This document shows positions 38,101 to 50,060 of a DNA stretch of 64,000 bases, in pieces. The notes beneath the pieces are model-generated. The model worked only from the letters and a program-made list of their open reading frames with translations. It made no database searches and had not been told where the DNA came from. The DNA comes from Phoronis australis (Eukaryota; Animalia; Phoronida). The translations under genes and the position numbers were made by a program. Within the stretch, counting starts at the first letter, position 1. Every line of letters starts with the position of its first letter. The stretch is from positions 345,885 through 409,884 of the forward strand of contig NMRA01000410.1 in assembly GCA_002633005.1 (NCBI GenBank), read 5' to 3'.

Positions 38101-38689
38101 TTAGCAGTAATAAGGCTTAGCACGACGACGTATTTTGATAACAATTCCATGTTTTACCAGTTGTTTACATGCAGACACCCACACATTCAATCACCACAAG
38201 TACAGCAGCGACACAGCCCCATTGTTAGCGTGTTCAAGATTACAGTTGTAAAGGCATAATTACTTAGTAGTGCATAATTTGTCATTGATTAGTAGTTTGC
38301 AGATCCGTGTTTAAAGCCTTAAAAAAGGTCTAGGGCATAGACATCACATAGTGTATTAAGATGTCTCTATGGTCTAGAGTACTGAGAAAATTGTTTTGTA
38401 ACCTTAGACTTAGTAACTGTTCGTTAGGTATTAATTTTCATATTATATAAGTGTTCCAGTAACTCATAAGTTTGGTTGTAGACTTCCAGACGCTTGAACT
38501 GCAATAAATTATCAAATGAGAATGAGGGTGAGTCCGTAAAATTATTACATCTCAGTTCAAGTGTTTCTCTGGAACATATTGTTGCCTGAATCAATGATGT
38601 TAATTACTATGTGCTAGAACCGTTTCAGTGTTGTGTCATGTCATGTTTTTTGTGTCATGTTGGCAATTGTAGTTATAGCCGAGTTTGCC

Positions 38690-38746
38690 CAACCTCAGGG
38701 TATTGAACCGCAACCCTCATAAAACTGGTGCTAACCATTCAGCCAA
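38690..38746 (-). mobile_element. Degenerate tRNA-derived SINE head
   Basis: A-box-like TGGCTGAATGG and B-box-like GGTTCAATACC with no cloverleaf; a similarly decayed head lies at ~32626-32700 (+). Confidence 0.35.
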
Positions 38747-40473
38747 TGGGCAATTTCCCATCAGCGAGTGGCTAACAGACTCGTAAAATTCACTGGAAGT
38801 ACGTTTACAACTCAACCATTAGGTTTTTGTCTATGGCTTGTATACATAGTAATGTATGTTTTGCGCAATATGTATGTCTTCTTCCATATGTACCTCTCTG
38901 TAAATAATTTCTAAACATGTATTTTCTGTTTGTAAGTAGCACTTGTGCTAATGTCTCTTTTGTTGTATCTACCCACATCCTGATTTATAATGTACGCTTT
39001 ACCTATACCTACACTTACCAATTCTGGGGTTTGTTGAAAAAACTAAATTGTGATTTAGGCCACTTATTGACTGCCCTTTGATCTTGCAAGGAACTGGCAG
39101 TCTCTCAGTGGTAACTGTACATGACTTAATTGGCCACAGTATTTTACAGTCCACACACAGGTTGTATTGGAATTTAGATAACAGTGGACTGTCATTTGTA
39201 AAAAAGTTTGGGTTTAAGATATAACTAGTTAACATTAGCATAAGTGATAGTTTTCGACAATGGGACTAAATACAAATATTTACATGTATACGATATAGTA
39301 CAGAGCCAGGATGAGGTTGGTGGCTTATCTACCAATAGAGGGAGTACACATATGAGCTTGGGTTTTAAGGCAATATCTGAGAGTTGTCGCAACTGTTACA
39401 TTGACAGAGTTGTGAAGAATTCATGAGCAGCTGATTGGAAAACATTTAGTGTACTCATGCTTCTAGTATTATTTGGGAGACTTCTACGTCTTATGTTTTG
39501 ATAATAAAGAGAAAAATAATCATTAGTTTTTTAATATAGCTTGGAATACTTAATGGCTTTCACAGTTAAACTGTTGCAAATTTTGTTAAATGCTATTAGT
39601 TTGTCATGGAAATTATTGATTCTATTACAAACACTTTAACTTATTTATTCCAGGTAAAGGTGATCACAGTATTTTCAAGTACATCAAGAACAAAAGAACC
39701 ATCAGCCTCTACTTGGAAGTATATATTGGACAATTTGTAAGTTTTTGCTCAGATGGTAAGTTTAACACTACAGCAGTGTTAGAGGTACATTTCATCCTGT
39801 ATAAGGGGCTTAAAACCGGAAATTAAATATTGCCTTTTATTTCAGTCTTTAAAACTTGTTCTTGCTAACATGGAAAACTCTTACCATTACCAGCAAATAA
39901 CATAAAGAAAACTACCATTAATTCGAGGAGTGATTCTTTATTAAAAGTATAAACTCACTGATCAACCAAATTCTTGGGTTTTGATTTTTTGAGGTTCCTA
40001 GTTATGTTATGTTACTAGCATAAAGCAGAACAAGTTCAAAGTTGAAGTCACTGATGAGATGTAAATGGTCGACTTTTTTATTGCACGCTTTTCAAAAGTT
40101 GACTGAAGTTTGTTAACACAGTGATTTCTCTTTTTTCGTTGTTAGAGACATCTCAGGAAAGTACAATGCGGTACTTCTTCTTGCGGGGACGAATGTCATA
40201 GCAAAGAAACACCACCTGATGACGACTGCACACGACCATCAAGCATGGATCTACATTAATTTGTATCGTCTCTTCTGCCCCGTTTGGATAAGTAAGTAGT
40301 TGAATTTAGTAAGTGGTGCTCTGGCAAATACATTTATTTTGTCATCTCTATTACCATGTTGTCTTTGATGAAATATCCCAATAACACAATGATATCTCTG
40401 TCTATGAGACTGAACATTTTAGTACCGTCCACACAACAGCTAGTGCAACTTACCCCAATTTTAAGTGGAATGT

Positions 40474-40474
<1 letters not shown>

Positions 40475-40540
<66 letters not shown>
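40475..40540. repeat. (CA)n microsatellite
   Basis: About 33 perfect CA units. Confidence 0.97.
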
Positions 40541-40544
<4 letters not shown>

Positions 40545-42294
40545 AACACATATATCAACCAATAAATAGGGTAAGACGTAAGTTGTCACTCTGTGCATGA
40601 CAATGAACAGCAGATAGGAGTATGGGACACAAAAGGAAACTCTTCTGTACGTAATCGGTAATCGCACATGATAATGCTTCCCCTTTGCCCTAGATTTGCT
40701 ATCACTCAAGAATTTAGAAGTGGTACAAGGTACCCTACAGCAAGTTACCCTACCTCGAAGAGTAAATTGTCAGTAGTTGGGTAAGCTGCACTAGTTTGAA
40801 TAGCATCCACGCAACTGTAAAACATAGTTACAACCAGGAAGAGATCTCTTCCTGCTACAACGCATTCCAGTAGTTACGTTCTAGAGTAAGGTTGTATGTG
40901 GATGGCATTTATGATTTAATTTAGTTACATTTATAATTTAGCATCATACAAGTGATTAAATGAACTTAGAGGAAACCAGTTGTATAATGAAATTCAATTT
41001 TCACCTACACATTGTTTGTCATTAAATCGATCAGGTACACTGTATTTGTTAGTAGGTGTCATGTAGAGGTACGGTGTTTTGNTCGAATAAAAGTGTTTGC
41101 GTAAAGATCCGTTTCATGAAGTTTTTAACAAAAATGAAGCGGAAATAGTGCCTTTAAAGGGTCCACGTGACTAACTGCACGCGTGTTTTGTACATGTAGG
41201 ACCGTTGTCTTACTATCGCCACTGAGTAGCCCATTGTGCGCTCCAGTTATACCTTTTGGTGATTATCATTGTCAGATTTGCATTATTTTGTGAGATGTCC
41301 TTAGTTTGAAAAAATGTGTCCCATATCGCTTACTTAAGCTTGAATTCGGGCACTGTACTATACTTTTAAAAAGTCTAAACAAGTGGATTTGAACTGCACA
41401 CATATTCTTGAGCAAATTTGTTTAATCAAAGAGGCAACAAGTAGAGAATTCAAAGCTCGAATTATCAACTTAAGGAAGCAGTTTCTGGCAAATAATAATG
41501 ATGTCAATTGCCCCTCTTTTTGCACGTATTAAAATTATCCTTTCATATTTAATCTCCTTTTATATTAATAATTGTAGACCCTGATGGTAACAAAGAATGT
41601 TGATCATTTCTTTTCTTCGATATTTCTTGTTTCGATATTTACGGACCCTCTTTGAAAAACATTGTTTTGATGTGGAGCCCTTTTTGTTTTTGTTTTTTTG
41701 TGCCAGCGAGTTTCCCTTCCTAATTACACTGCATGACACTACTTACCAGTGGTATTCATCAATTGACTGGGAAGGAAGATTCACCGTCTCTAGCTTGCCT
41801 TGCAGTGTAATCCAGATTGAAGTTTACGATTTCAAATTGGTTGACTTACATGTACACACTTACACTGTTATTGACTTTAATTAATACTATGTGTAAATCA
41901 TTTAACGCGTGATCAAATTTCTTTTGATAGAAATGCTGAAAATCTCAAAAATTCTGCTAAAAATTTTGAATTATCATTCCGTTTTCGTTTTGTGCAAATT
42001 TTGTTCATTTTTTCATGGAAATTCTAAAAAATAGGATATTTGACCACCTCTCGTGCCAAAGTGGTGCATTTTACAAACGATGCTTAACTGCGTTTAAGAG
42101 AACATTGCCTCCAATATAATATCTGGTTGTTTCATTTTTAGTTTACATGCCGTTTCTGAGACAGGCCTATGGTGTACCGAAGTTAGCAAAAATTAGGCAT
42201 TTTTTCTGAGGTATATACAGGTACATAAAGTTGAACGTGGGTTATGACTATAATTTGAGAACCTAACTCCTTGTACAATGTGTTACATTTATAG

Positions 42295-42341
42295 GAGAAG
42301 ACAACCAGCAGGACCCTGAAGGCGACAAATGGAAAGAAACG
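42295..42341 (+). CDS. Probable upstream exon of the KAP NTPase gene (GEDNQQDPEGDKWKET)
   Basis: Acceptor tttatag, donor ACG|gtaaaa; the phase-0 end joins the 45016 exon in frame. Confidence 0.5.
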
Positions 42342-45015
42342 GTAAAACTAACTGAAATATTATAATGTGATTAATGCAATATTAACTAGTGATCGATTTA
42401 AAAAGTAAAAGATAGAAATTTAGAACTTAAGTTCATCTTAACCTAATTTTCCAGACATGAAAAACGATCCCGAAATCGCCCCCAAGAGAGGGGGTCCTCT
42501 GAGTCGTCCTGAAACAAGTTACTAATTATTGCAATGCCATTATCATGGAGTTACTGTGTTGGCTACGAGGTTATAGTGAATTATGATAACTAGTGTAACC
42601 AAATAGAGTGCTCAGCCGAATTAACCTTCATTGGCGGAATGGACATATAGATTTCTCAAATTGCTCGCACAGGATTTCAGTATACACCTCAACAGAACAA
42701 ATAATCAGGCTGAATGTAATGGTAAATAGTTAAATCTACTTGAAAGAACGCAAAAATAGTAATCTTTGCTTTTTATCTTTCGGACAATCTGGGTAAATCG
42801 CAGTTCAAAAGAAACCTCCATAGGTGTCAAATAGCAGCTTTTAACCCAAGTATCTAAGCAAAACCACTAACGTTTATGTGCTAGAACATAAGTTCGGTCA
42901 GCGTCGTCCCAAAACATTACAAGAGAGGTATTGTTGGAAATTCTAAACGTGTCGTAGAACAATCTTCCGATCAACAAGGCGGGTATAAACCTTTGTTCCG
43001 TCCAATAAGCGACGTTTTCACAATTATAAATTGGTCTCAATTTGTTCCTAACTTGGATGAAAAGTGATTTGTGACAAAAAAAATGCAGTTCGTCATCCTT
43101 TGAGACTATACTCGACGCCTAAAAATGACAAACCGCGACAAGCCAAATTGTAAAGCCAAGTCTGAAGAGTAATTAACTGTTAAACCTTCCAAAGCCCTGA
43201 AACTTAGGCGGCACACCATAGGGGGGCTGGCACTTTTTTCAGTGTTCGAGATTGCAGTTGCTTTTTTTCTGAAGTGGAGAATGAAATTCTCATGTCTTAT
43301 TGGCTACCTTGCCACTATTATGATGACGTCCTCGTCAATTCATGGTTGACTTGTCGTCTACAAACAGCGACAAAATGAGTAATTACTTTCGTCCAGTGGA
43401 AGAATGTTTGTATTTTCATGCTAATAAATACATCCAGAGCATGTATACAATATCCAAAAATTTTCTGCCACACAATTGAGCACATCGGGGCCGTTTACTT
43501 TTATTGAAAGTCGTAAGCCTAAATTGTAAGCAAGCGTTCTTTGGACTGAACAATCATACATCCATATTGACCGCTACTCTAGTGAAGGTGAAAAGTTTTT
43601 TTAATCCGTGTGTAAGAGTTTTTTAGCTACTAGTGATTCGATTTCGCCATCTGCGTGATCGCATGCTGCTACTTTACCATTGCGTCACAAGCACGTCACC
43701 GAGGTTATCCAGCTTCTGATGTCACGTTTGCCTTTAAACAGGCGTGAAATATAAACCACTTGGTGAGTACAAAGTTCCATCATCGGGATCGTAGTTCGCT
43801 CTGTCGAGCTACTGCACAAAAGGTGTGTTTATAAACACCCTCGTTCTATGCCATTTTCGTCATTTTCAGTGCGACGTTATAATGAACATATATAAAGTAA
43901 CAATGGCGAACCTTGTATCGAACGAGCTTCTTTTCAACATAGACCCATAAGACAGTAATACCAACTCACCCGCGTAACCCATGTATTCTATTGCTACAGC
44001 TTGCGACCTCGGGATTTCATGGGAGTTTGCACTATAATTTTTCAGTTCTCTGCTGGAGTGAGTTTTTATCTATGATCTGTGTTGATATATGATTTATTTC
44101 ATTGATTTTGATCTAGTGTTGTAGATACATGTATCAAATCACTTATTAAAAGAAATCTAGATGCAGCGGTAACAACCACGGCCACCCTCCCGAATCGCTT
44201 TTAACAGATGGTCCTTCGCTTGATAATGTTGGGGCCAATAGACCTCGAAATATTTCAAAAATATAGAGTCCGATTCCATAACAAAAAACACCCTAACGAG
44301 TGCAAACAATCCCACGCATGCGCAATGCAACCTCAGCCGCGCGTGACTGCAGTCATTCAAATCTAAGAGTTTATGTTTTAAAAGACTAAGATGTTGACTG
44401 CATAAACATTTGAAAATTAGATGTCTATGGTTCACTGGTGTCACTTGCACGGACTTTCGCGTGCACGCTGACCCTGCTGACAAGCACATTTTCAAATACT
44501 CTACCTTGTGGGTAAAAACTCGTACCTTAATAAACGAAAGAACACATTTTCAACAAACGAACAGTATCCTCTATCAGTAAATTACTTACCGGATGTTATT
44601 ACATAATAAAATATTATTGACTTATACAATCGGTCAATATGTAGGTTTTTCAGACGCAAAAATGTGATAATGTCCTTGGGCTCTGCCTCTGTCGTGATTA
44701 CATTGTTAAGGTCTGACGACCAACATACTGACCACGAAGAAATTCAATAGCTGTATAGCATTCAACTTGACAATCGCCTGAAGTCACGAACCACAATAAT
44801 GGACTGCGTGCAAGTTAAAATGGAAGTTGCAATCGTCTCATATTTCATCGTCCCACTTACGACATTTTATATAACAGAAGCCTTATTTTCGTCGACTGAA
44901 AAAAACTGCTGATAGAGCAAATGCACTAATCCCTGTTGGCGTAGATTTGCGTGTACATTTACCTCTGTTGACGGTGTTTTGAATAAATGGTTGATGATAA
45001 CAAATTTGTTCTTAG

Positions 45016-45255
45016 ATCACAGATCCGAAGTGGAGTATAGCCAACGACGGACCATCAAACAAAGATGACAAACTTGGGTATGACACCTACGCCGAAGCAT
45101 TTGCAGAGATGGTACTGGACGAGCGTGTTTCAAATGGCGCTACGGTCGGGATCTACGGAAGTTGGGGCGCAGGAAAGACGTTCTTGCTGAACCGCTTGAG
45201 TGCAAAATGCAAGGAAAAAGAGTTCAACGATAAAAAGGCAAGTCGTATCTCCGTG
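45016..45255 (+). CDS. KAP-family P-loop NTPase (Kidins220/ARMS-PifA-NKPD1 type), N-terminal exon with Walker A
   Basis: ITDPKWSIANDGPSNKDDKLGYDTYAEAFAEMVLDERVSNGATVGIYGSWGAGKTFLLNRL has the KAP signature D.LGY..YA...A....TVGIYG.WG.GKT. Acceptor ttcttag; donor gtgagc at 45256 (alternative gtaagg at 45265). Walker B not seen in the window. Confidence 0.85.
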
Positions 45256-46307
45256 GTGAGCTGGGTAAGGTCGCCAATTGTTTTAGTTTCCCAAACGCCC
45301 AATACGCCTGTAGGTGCCTCATTGCAGCTTTTTCCGTATGCCAGATTTGAGGAGAGCAGTGGTTACTTTCTCCCGATACCTTGTAAATTCCTTTAGCCTG
45401 ATCTTTCTAAACTCTTTTACTCGTTAAGTGAATATGGCGAGTTTGAAAACCCACACCACACCGGTGGACGTACATGCAGTGTAGCCGCTACCCTCTGACA
45501 CGACCCCATCTATACTGAAAAGCTTTTGTAGCACTGTGGAAGAGAGTATGTAGCCGCGCTTTCTGCTGCCAGCGTGGACTTCCTCTCTGCGTTCAATAGA
45601 CTCGTGTTACAAATGAACTTTACATCGCTTCACAGACACGTTGTTCAGTCCTACCTACATTCGTGTTACCGCGTTGGGTGAAATTGTGCTATATTAAATG
45701 AAATTATCCACAATTCGTTCTTGAAAGATCAAAATTGATCACTTGTGCTAGGTTAAAATCCCGAGTCCTCCAACACTGTGTCCTCAACACACGACTCCCA
45801 AACAATAACATAAAGCAGCAACCAATGTATTTGATTTTTCCTGAAGCAATCAGAGAACCTTTAGTAACCTGTCTGATGATGACTCGTGCTTCACACAACT
45901 TGAAATTCAATAATTCGCCCTATATTTTATGTGCCCTCTACATTGTGTCATCTCTGGCTGAGCATCCAATGCTGTAATTAATAACATTCGGCAAATGCGT
46001 TCATATGAAACTGGCGACAGATGGCGACGAATGTCTGACCAGACTGCCGTTCTGCCCCCATAGTGTAGTGGCAATTTTTTTTCAAAGTGATATATATTTA
46101 TTCATGGATACACAGAACATACAAAGAAATAATAACAAACCCAGAAACCGCGAAGCATTATATCTGGGTTGTAAACAATCCATAAATGAAACTAATATAC
46201 ATAGAGGTATGTACAATTAAGTAGTATCTAAAATAAGTATTCCAATACTTAGATAGGCTATTACAGATATATAAAAACAAAAATATGTACAGATTCATGT
46301 GGGGAAA

Positions 46308-49300
46308 TCAGATGCAACAATATTGATAAACGGTACATAAAAATTTACTAACGTTGCTTAGGAGGAATTCGTTGAGAACGAGGTCAAGGTTAGGACTACC
46401 ATTCAATAATAATGTAACTCTAGTAGGGATATTATTACAAGAATTGAGAGCGTTAACAATTGATTGATTTTCATTGAGTGCACGAAAGAGTGAGTCTCTC
46501 TGGTATTCGATGAGGGGACATTTGAAGAAAATATGAGGATACGATTGATGGACACCACATTTACAGTTTGGAGAGACATTAATAAAGTTGTGCCTGAACT
46601 TGTCAGAGTTGAGGAAAAGGCCACATCTTGATCTGTACAATGCTATTTCGTTATCGCGTGTAAGGGAGAATTGAGTCAAGGGTGTTGAGTTATCAAAATT
46701 ATGAAAAACAGTTCTAAAATTATTTTTTATACTCGTAAAAGAGTTGCTTTCCTTAACAGAGACTGGAAGAGAATTCCAGTTGTTGATGCACATCATGACT
46801 GTAGACCTTCTGAATGCCTGACTGAACGACGGAGGAATTGCATATGGGGTGGAGAATCTCAAATCACTACGATGGCCTTGTCTAATATATAGATCAAATA
46901 TTTTTTTGACAGACACGTTGTTGACATTGTTTATTACCTTGAACGTAAATGTGGTCATGTGAAGATTGCGTCGAGTAGACAGTTTGGGCCACTTGAGATT
47001 ATTCAAAACCTTAACACTATTGGATCCCCTGTAAGCTCCAGTTATGAGTAAGGCGGCTTGATATTGTAACTTCTCCAAATGTTGGAGTGCACCCGTATTG
47101 GCAGACTGATATATAATATCACAATAATCAATGTGTGGAAGTACAAAGGACTTGAACAAAACTTCTAAATGTGTAGAATTCAGATGACGAGAGACAAGCT
47201 TAAGTGGGTTAATTAGTTCCTGAGTTTTTTGTACGAGCTCCCGAACGTGAGGGGTGAATGAGAGTTTTTCATCTAACAGTATACCCAGATGTCTGTGCGA
47301 CTGTTTTCTAGGAATGATTTCATCATTAAGTTTAAGGTCATAAGACGGGTCAACAAGGAAGAGAGCATTAATAGATTTGGAGAAGGTAAGGTCAACGCTT
47401 TTTTCTGGTTTAAAATTCATTCTCCATTCTTGTGACCAATAGCTTAGTTTATTTAAGTCGTGTTGAAGCTGCAAAGAACATTCAGGGCTGCTCCCTGCGA
47501 AGGGGTAAAAAAGCGCCGTGTCATCTGCATAAAGGTATGTGCTACATGACAGGTTATCAGGAAGGTCATTAATATAAACCAAGAAGAGAAGAGGGCCCAA
47601 TACGCTACCCTGCGGTACACCTGCGTTTACAAATCCAGGATGGGATAAAATTGAAAGTACGCCATCGACACGAACACTGTATGTTCTTTCGGAGAGATAT
47701 GAGGTGATCATGTTTAAAAGATTACCAGTAATGCCATAGGATCGAAGTTTGTGAAGTAGAAGGTCGTGAGGGACACAGTCGAAAGCAGAAGCTATATCTA
47801 GAAAAATGGACCTGACACTCTCTCCCTTCTCAAAATGTAAATGAATCTCATGTACTATTTCAACAAGTTGTGCCACGGTGCTGTTCCCACGCAAAAAACC
47901 AAATTGACGATGATAGATCAAGTTGTTTTGTTTGAGAAATGTAAGAATACTTTGAGCAATGATCTTCTCAAAGATTTTGGACAGGGTGTTAAGTAATGTT
48001 ATTGGGCGATAATTTGAAATTTCAGTTTTGGAGCCTTTTTTGTGTATGGGGACCATAATTCCATGTTTCCAAGAAGACGGATAAATGCCTAGCTGAAGAA
48101 GTTTGTTAAACAGATTGGTCAGGGGCATGGTAATTTCGTTGGCAATCATTTTGATCATCTTGCTGGTTATTAAAGCTGTGCCATCATTCTTATTGGGGTC
48201 AATTTCATTGAGATACTTCCGGACATCAGTTTGATTAGCCGGGATGTCAGACAGTTGATTGAGACAACGTTCACGAAGAAAGGGAAAGTTACTTACTTCA
48301 GTTGGTGTAATGTGGCTTTTGTTCGTGAAAAATTTGAGAAACAAATCACACTTGTCACTACTACTTGAGGCTAGGTTACCATTATAGTTGATGACAGGAT
48401 AGGAGGATTGTTGTTGACTGCCGCGTATTTTATTGATGATGTTCCAGTATTCTTTGGAGTTCTTCCTTGCGCTGTTAATTTGTTGAAAAAGCTTGTGTCG
48501 GTGATCAGCTTTGGCTTGATTTTCTAAAGTTTCAACAAGACGTGACTGCTCCTTGTATCTGTTGTAGATTATAGTGTTGTTAGATCTTCTGAAAGAGCTG
48601 TAAAGTCTGTTTCTTGTGCGGATTGCCCGTTTAACATTATTGTTGAACCAAGGTTGGCTGTTGTGTTTAATTATCTTTTCAGTTGATGGGATGTTGTTTT
48701 TTAAAATTTCATAGAGGGTAGTAGTGAAGAGTGAAACAGTGTCATCAATGTCGCCAGTGTTCAATATGGAATCCCAGTCTGAGTTGGTGATATCCTGACG
48801 CAGTTTATCGGTGTCGACCTGATCATATTTCCAATTGGTTCAAGTGGTGTGTTGTTCCTTAACCGGTTTTTTAAGTGTTAGAGTGGTTTCGATTGTGTGG
48901 TGATCAGAATTGCCAACAGGAGGTAGTACAGCACATGAGTCAATGATACTCAAATTGTTTGTTATACAGAGGTCAATACATGAATGAGAAACGTCGGTGA
49001 TACGGGTTGGATCATTAATTAGTTGTATGCAGTCATTAGACAATAAGATATCAAACAATTGTACACCGGCCGTATTGTCATGATCATCATTGTACGATGT
49101 AGAGTTTCGGGCATTGAAATCACCATTTATGATTATACTAACGCTATTGCGGTTAAGTTCCGCTAACTGATCGGCTAGGGCTTTGAAGTAGAGTTTTCTT
49201 TCAGTTGAAGATTGGGAAGGTGAGCGATAAAACAACCCATAGTAAATTTTTCTGTGATTGAAATAAATTTCGATCCAGCAGTTGCATAACTGAGGACAAG

Positions 49301-50060
49301 TTAAGCTAGGACATAATTTAAATGAGAGTGTGTTTTTAGTGAATAAGATGATGCCACGGCCACTGTTACTGTGATAAGCTACACTGTAACCAGGAATGAT
49401 TAGTTCATTATCAAGGTCGTCTTTTGTAACATTACAAGTTTCACAAAGAGCGACAATCATATAATCGTAAGACAGAACAAAGTTTTTTAGAAGTTGGAAT
49501 CTGGAGAAATTGTTGGATTTAATGCTGTTAATATTTGAAAATAAGATTTTAAAGGTAATATTATCTTCAGGCCCAGGATTTTCTTCAACATCGCCAGCTA
49601 AAAGGAGGCACATGCCAATGACGATTCCGTAATCCATACAGGTGTTATGTAAACAATAGTAAGACACATCAGTAAGCTGAACCCGCATAGCATGATATCT
49701 CAATCGATGCCGGTGAGAAGAATTGAACTGTGACCATGCGGGGGAAAACATTGTAAGACCAGAGAAACTCACACTACTCGAGGCACTCAAAGGATAGCCG
49801 TATTTAACAATTAATACACCAATGCTTGTTGAAAATTCAAGGGTTGTTAAATGAATAAGGTAGTCAGGACAATTAGGTGAGTCATTTTTAAAAATCAAAA
49901 TTATATCATAGTCTCGCTTACAGGTACATAGATAGCAACTTAGTTGAAAAGCACAACATATAAATTCAATCTTGGGAAACCAGTTAGTTCTGTTGCAAGT
50001 GAATACAAAACACATAGATAATGATTGACCTAAAGATATGTACAGAGGAAATATGACCAA
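46308..50060 (-). pseudogene. LINE polyprotein: 2A-like peptide, AP endonuclease, reverse transcriptase, C-terminal C-C-H-C motif; one in-frame TGA
   Basis: APE motifs N.NS, L.ET, YRSP, GDFN, SDH; RT motifs YRPITLL, GVPQGSVLGPLLF, YADD; CKCG..HIFFKC. The two track ORFs are the same frame, split only by TGA at 48840-48842. Confidence 0.92.
49569..49592 (-). other. 2A-like ribosome-skipping motif DVEENPGP (context LLLAGDVEENPGP)
   Basis: Exact DxExNPGP consensus immediately upstream of the APE domain. Confidence 0.85.

Noticed and set aside
40334-40709. VCVCVC / THTHTH ORFs (also 54333-54630)
   Set aside because: Microsatellite translation artefacts.
43955-44075. Similarity to 53865-53980 as duplicated exons of the KAP gene
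   Set aside because: No conserved open frame or splice sites; more likely an old dispersed repeat.
48840-48842. TGA as programmed readthrough or selenocysteine
   Set aside because: A CpG-type CGA>TGA mutation in a single copy is simpler; no SECIS or readthrough evidence is visible.
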